From Actinomycetota bacterium (GTDB taxonomy: Bacteria; Actinomycetota; Actinomycetes; Nanopelagicales; Nanopelagicaceae), in contig WLEB01000001.1 of NCBI GenBank assembly GCA_009704505.1, positions 7,129-71,128 on the forward strand: a stretch of DNA of 64,000 nt. The letters are read 5' to 3'. This document shows, one piece after another, positions 60,503-64,000 of this stretch. The position numbers and the translations under genes were made by a program. The notes beneath the pieces were generated by a model that ran no database searches, had not been told where the DNA came from, and worked only from the letters and a program-made list of their open reading frames with translations. Each line of letters opens with the position of its first letter. The first letter of the stretch is position 1.

Positions 60503-61816
60503 CTATTCTCCAATCTTTTGAACTACTGAATCAATTACCGTCGCTTGGCCCTTGAAGAAAGTATGAGTGACTACTCCCGGAAGGGTGTGCCCATGGTAGG
60601 GAGTATTCGTCGCCTTTGACATCGTTAAATCACGATCTACTTGCCAATTTCTTGAGGGATCGATCACTACAAGGTTGGCCGGGGATCCAACGGTGATTTC
60701 TTGGCCTTGATTTTGGTATCCGCCTATCCGCGCTGGAGCGTGAGACATTCGTTCTGCAACTTGTTGCCAATCCATAAGTCCAGAATCAACCATAGTTTTT
60801 TGAACGATTGAAAGGGCCGTTTCCAAACCAAGCATGCCGAAAGCGGCCTCTTGCCATTCGCATTCTTTTGATTCTGTTGGATGCGGAGCATGATCAGTTG
60901 CAACTATGTCGATAACTCCCTCAGCCAACGCTTCGCGAAGTGCATGTACGTCAGTTGTTGTTCTAAGAGGCGGGTTAACTTTGAAGACGGGATCATATGT
61001 GCCTGCTAAATCTTCGGTGAGTAAAAGATGATGAGGAGTCACCTCAGCGGTTACATCAATACCCCGCGCTTTGGCCCAACGAATTATCTCGACACCGCCG
61101 GCTGTTGTTACATGGCAGATATGTAGACGAGATTTTACGTGATCTGCAAGCAACACATCACGGGCGATAATCGCTTCTTCGGCAACCGACGGCCAACCTT
61201 TGAGTCCTAAACGCGCCGAAATATCGCCTTCGTTCATTTGTGATCCAATAGTTAACCGAGGATCCTGCGCATGTTGTGCTATCACTCCACCAAATTTTTT
61301 TACATATTCAAGAGCTCTCCTCATTAGCAATGGATCAAATACACAGTTTCCATCATCGCTAAATATTCGAACTTGAGCCACAGAATCAGCCATAGCACCG
61401 ATCTCCGATAAAGATTGCCCCAACAACCCTTCCGTAACTGCGCCAATAGGAAAAACATCCAGATATCCAGCCTCTTGACCCAACCTAAAGACCTGCTCAA
61501 CAACACCTGCAGAGTCGGCAACTGGTGAGGTGTTAGCCATGGCAGACAAAGCTGTAAATCCTCCTTTTGCCCCGGCTCTACTTCCAGTTAAAACTGTTTC
61601 GGCATCTTCCCGGCCCGGTTGTCTCAAGTGAGTATGTAGATCAACAAGTCCAGGTAACACCCTGCTTGCTTTTGCATCAATAACAATCTGCTCCGATGAA
61701 GAGGTCGCAGATAAATTCTGCGACACCGCTGTGATTACACCGTCCTGGATTGCAATATCTTTTTGATCACCATTTGGGAGTATTGCTCCTTTGATCAGGT
61801 ACTTAACAGGATTCAT
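60503..61816 (-). CDS. pyrC: Dihydroorotase
   Basis: [30 protein letters not shown]. Confidence 0.95.
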   Translation of the reverse strand: MNPVKYLIKGAILPNGDQKDIAIQDGVITAVSQNLSATSSSEQIVIDAKASRVLPGLVDLHTHLRQPGREDAETVLTGSRAGAKGGFTALSAMANTSPVADSAGVVEQVFRLGQEAGYLDVFPIGAVTEGLLGQSLSEIGAMADSVAQVRIFSDDGNCVFDPLLMRRALEYVKKFGGVIAQHAQDPRLTIGSQMNEGDISARLGLKGWPSVAEEAIIARDVLLADHVKSRLHICHVTTAGGVEIIRWAKARGIDVTAEVTPHHLLLTEDLAGTYDPVFKVNPPLRTTTDVHALREALAEGVIDIVATDHAPHPTESKECEWQEAAFGMLGLETALSIVQKTMVDSGLMDWQQVAERMSHAPARIGGYQNQGQEITVGSPANLVVIDPSRNWQVDRDLTMSKATNTPYHGHTLPGVVTHTFFKGQATVIDSVVQKIGE

Positions 61817-62763
61817 TTACTGCTCCCAACTTCTAGTGGTGAGCCCGCGAGTAATACATAGAGAATTGCCATCCGAACACTGACTCCATTTGTCACTTGC
61901 TCTGTAATCACTGATCGCGCACTGTCTGCAACCTCTGCAGAAATTTCTAACCCTCGATTCATTGGACCAGGATGCATCACTATTGCACTTTGTTTGAGCG
62001 AACGCATCCGCTCAGCATTTAGTCCGTAATACCGAGAGTACTCACGGGCATTTGGGAAAAACAGCTCTGTCATTCTCTCTTGTTGAACTCTTAGCATCAT
62101 TACAGCATCTACTAAAGGTAAAACAGAATCCAAATCGTATGAGAAAGCGCAAGGCCATTTTTCTACACCTATTGGAAGTAAAGTAGGTGGAGCTACCAAA
62201 GTTACCTTTGCTCCCAATAAAGAAAGGAGAAGTACGTTTGATCTTGCAACACGGGAGTGAAGGATGTCTCCAACAATAGCTACATGAATCCCTTGTAAAT
62301 CACTGGAACCTTTTCCAAGATGTTTTCTAATAGTAAAGGCATCTAGTAAGGCTTGACTTGGGTGTTCATGTGTTCCATCTCCGGCATTTATTACAGACCC
62401 TGACATCCATTGATTATCTGCCAATCTTTGTGCGGCGCCAGATGCGCTATGGCGAATAACAACTGCGTCCGCGCCCATCGCTTGCAATGTCATCGCGGTG
62501 TCCTTTAAGGACTCCCCCTTGCTGATGCTTGATCCTTTAGCCGAGAAATTAATAACATCGGCCGAAAGTCTTTTTGCTGCAGCTTCAAAAGAGATTCTTG
62601 TTCGTGTGGAATCTTCTGCAAAGAGATTTACAATCGTTCTTCCCCGCAATGTTGGGAGTTTCTTTATTTGCCCATCACTGGTTCGAGCGAGTTCGGTCGC
62701 TGTGTCTAATATTGTGGTTGCCTCGATAGCGCTTAAGTCACCGATTGATAAAAGGTGTTTCAT
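61813..62763 (-). CDS. pyrB: Aspartate carbamoyltransferase
   Basis: [26 protein letters not shown]. Confidence 0.96.
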   Translation of the reverse strand: MKHLLSIGDLSAIEATTILDTATELARTSDGQIKKLPTLRGRTIVNLFAEDSTRTRISFEAAAKRLSADVINFSAKGSSISKGESLKDTAMTLQAMGADAVVIRHSASGAAQRLADNQWMSGSVINAGDGTHEHPSQALLDAFTIRKHLGKGSSDLQGIHVAIVGDILHSRVARSNVLLLSLLGAKVTLVAPPTLLPIGVEKWPCAFSYDLDSVLPLVDAVMMLRVQQERMTELFFPNAREYSRYYGLNAERMRSLKQSAIVMHPGPMNRGLEISAEVADSARSVITEQVTNGVSVRMAILYVLLAGSPLEVGSSK

Positions 62764-63296
62764 GGCTGGACCCGTGTTTCAATGACAACTTCATCGCGCC
62801 CGTCTATTTCTGACAAGGACACACGAATGGACTGCTCTAGAGATGAGGGTAGGTTTTTACCAACAAAGTCAGCCTTTATTGGAAGTTCGCGGTGACCTCT
62901 ATCAACCAAAACTGCCAACTGAACTGTTTTCGGGCGACCGACTTCGCCTAAGGCGTCAAGTGCCGAACGAATCGTACGACCGGAAAAAAGAACATCATCA
63001 ACAAGAACTACGTCTTTATCTTCTATTCCCGACTGCGGAATGAGAGTAGGCATGATTGCTCGAGGTGGACGTAATCGAAGGTCGTCTCTATGCAAAGTGA
63101 TATCAAGGGTTCCGCAAGGAATACTGCTTCCCTCAATTTTTGACATGATCTCCGCAATTCGCACCGCCAGATGTGCGCCACGTGTTGGGATTCCAAGAAG
63201 AACGATATTTCGAGAACCATGATTGCGCTCTAGAATTTCATGTGAAATTCGAGTTAATGCGCGAGAAATGTCCTCTGAGGACAGGGCAATACTCAT
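62760..63296 (-). CDS. pyrR: Pyrimidine regulatory protein / UPRTase PyrR
   Basis: [42 protein letters not shown]; ATG 63296. Confidence 0.95.
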   Translation of the reverse strand: MSIALSSEDISRALTRISHEILERNHGSRNIVLLGIPTRGAHLAVRIAEIMSKIEGSSIPCGTLDITLHRDDLRLRPPRAIMPTLIPQSGIEDKDVVLVDDVLFSGRTIRSALDALGEVGRPKTVQLAVLVDRGHRELPIKADFVGKNLPSSLEQSIRVSLSEIDGRDEVVIETRVQP

Positions 63297-63302
63297 GTAA
63301 AT

Positions 63303-63339
63303 CTCCTTTCCCACCTCTCTGGATGGGTTGTTAAAGGAT
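63303..63339 (-). promoter_or_regulatory. PyrR-binding RNA loop overlapping the pyrR SD
   Basis: Minus strand ATCCTTTAACAACCCATCCAGAGAGGTGGGAAAGGAG has the CUUUAA and UCCAGAGAGG consensus elements; -10 TATAGT at 63349-63354. Confidence 0.85.
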
Positions 63340-63420
63340 GCGTCGCGAACTATAGCATCTCAGGGCTTTAATGTGGATAAGGCAAAACTCGTGGGCCTGA
63401 TTACTACTAGCGTGGGGCTT

Positions 63421-63894
63421 ATGAACCAACTGATCCAACAGGAAGATATACAAAGAATTTGCCAAAGGCTACGCATGATCCGGGAGCGTAAAGCTTTTAC
63501 CTTGCTAGATGTCGAACACCGATCAGGAGGGGAAATATCGGCGGTGGCCTTAGGCAGTTACGAGCGTGGACATCGAAATGTAAGTCTTTCTAAGCTTTTA
63601 CAAATCGCAAAAATCTATGAACTTCCTCTGTCGGAGATTCTTACCGATAGATCAGAACGATTAGAGACCGGGCGATTTACTTTTGACTTGAGGAAAATCT
63701 TGCGTAGTCAACTCCCGGAGTCGGCCACAGTGGTGCGGATTCTACGAGAAATTGCAGTGCAGCGAGGTGACTGGAACGGTGAGGTTATGTCTATCAGGGC
63801 AATTGATATTGCAAATTTACAAATTTTCTCCGGACTATCTACTGAAGAGATTTCCGCCCTTGCATCTGAGTGCACAGTTACTAGATCGAAATAG
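63421..63894 (+). CDS. bldD: XRE-family regulator, BldD-like
   Basis: HTH with VE..S.G....A.GSYERG.R; C-terminal QRGDWNGEVMSIRAID; position between pyrR and nusB; TAGCGT 7 nt before ATG 63421. Confidence 0.82.
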   Translation: MNQLIQQEDIQRICQRLRMIRERKAFTLLDVEHRSGGEISAVALGSYERGHRNVSLSKLLQIAKIYELPLSEILTDRSERLETGRFTFDLRKILRSQLPESATVVRILREIAVQRGDWNGEVMSIRAIDIANLQIFSGLSTEEISALASECTVTRSK

Positions 63895-64000
63895 AATCCT
63901 TAAGTGATGCGATCCGTCCAAGTACCCCGTGAATATACTTGGAAGACTCATCGCTAGATAGTTCCTTGGCAAGATTTAAAGCCTCATCGATTGCTACGCT
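63881..64000 (-). CDS. nusB: Transcription antitermination factor NusB, C-terminal fragment (not in ORF track)
   Basis: Hand translation SVAIDEALNLAKELSSDESSKYIHGVLGRIASLKDSISI*; expected synteny. Confidence 0.85.
   Translation of the reverse strand, partial: SVAIDEALNLAKELSSDESSKYIHGVLGRIASLKDSISI

Noticed and set aside
168-63222. Many 60-125 aa antisense or alternate-frame ORFs in the track
   Set aside because: They lie over well-supported genes and show no recognisable motifs; treated as shadow ORFs.
63328-63420. Longer BldD start from the ORF track
   Set aside because: Would overlap the PyrR leader and promoter; ATG 63421 has a -10 at leaderless spacing.

Overview
A tightly packed, moderately low-GC actinobacterial chromosome segment. 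Gene content, leaderless-type starts and gene losses suggest a streamlined freshwater acI lineage (Ca. Nanopelagicales, Planktophila-like); this taxonomy is an inference. The window spans the replication terminus. A 28-bp dif site fills the whole gap between convergent gcvP and lnt (14289-14316), and gene orientation flips from mostly + to mostly - there. Left of dif: xerD, an inverted ParA + RHH-like partner pair, scpAB, rluB, a 280-bp AT-rich repeat-bearing spacer, aroH-tyrA, a cmk-der fusion and the gcvH-garA-MerR-DUF151-MerR-gcvP block. Right of dif: lnt, a flap nuclease, helY, tatAC, pafBC joined directly to trmI (Pup-proteasome genes absent here), metH, a PAC2/ParJ-like gene, mshC, an uncharacterised kinase/DUF3090/phosphatase trio, tRNA-Leu abutting apt, nucleobase salvage genes, a split serB, hisEG, the rpe-to-rpoZ block, an mIHF-gmk fusion, the pyr operon with a PyrR loop, bldD and the end of nusB. 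I saw no CRISPR array, transposase or prophage. Best candidates for undescribed biology: the ter-proximal ParA/RHH pair with the AT-rich element, the kinase/DUF3090/phosphatase cassette, the structured leader of the purine permease, the mIHF-Gmk fusion and tRNA-punctuated apt. All calls come from reading motifs and synteny by eye; no searches were run.
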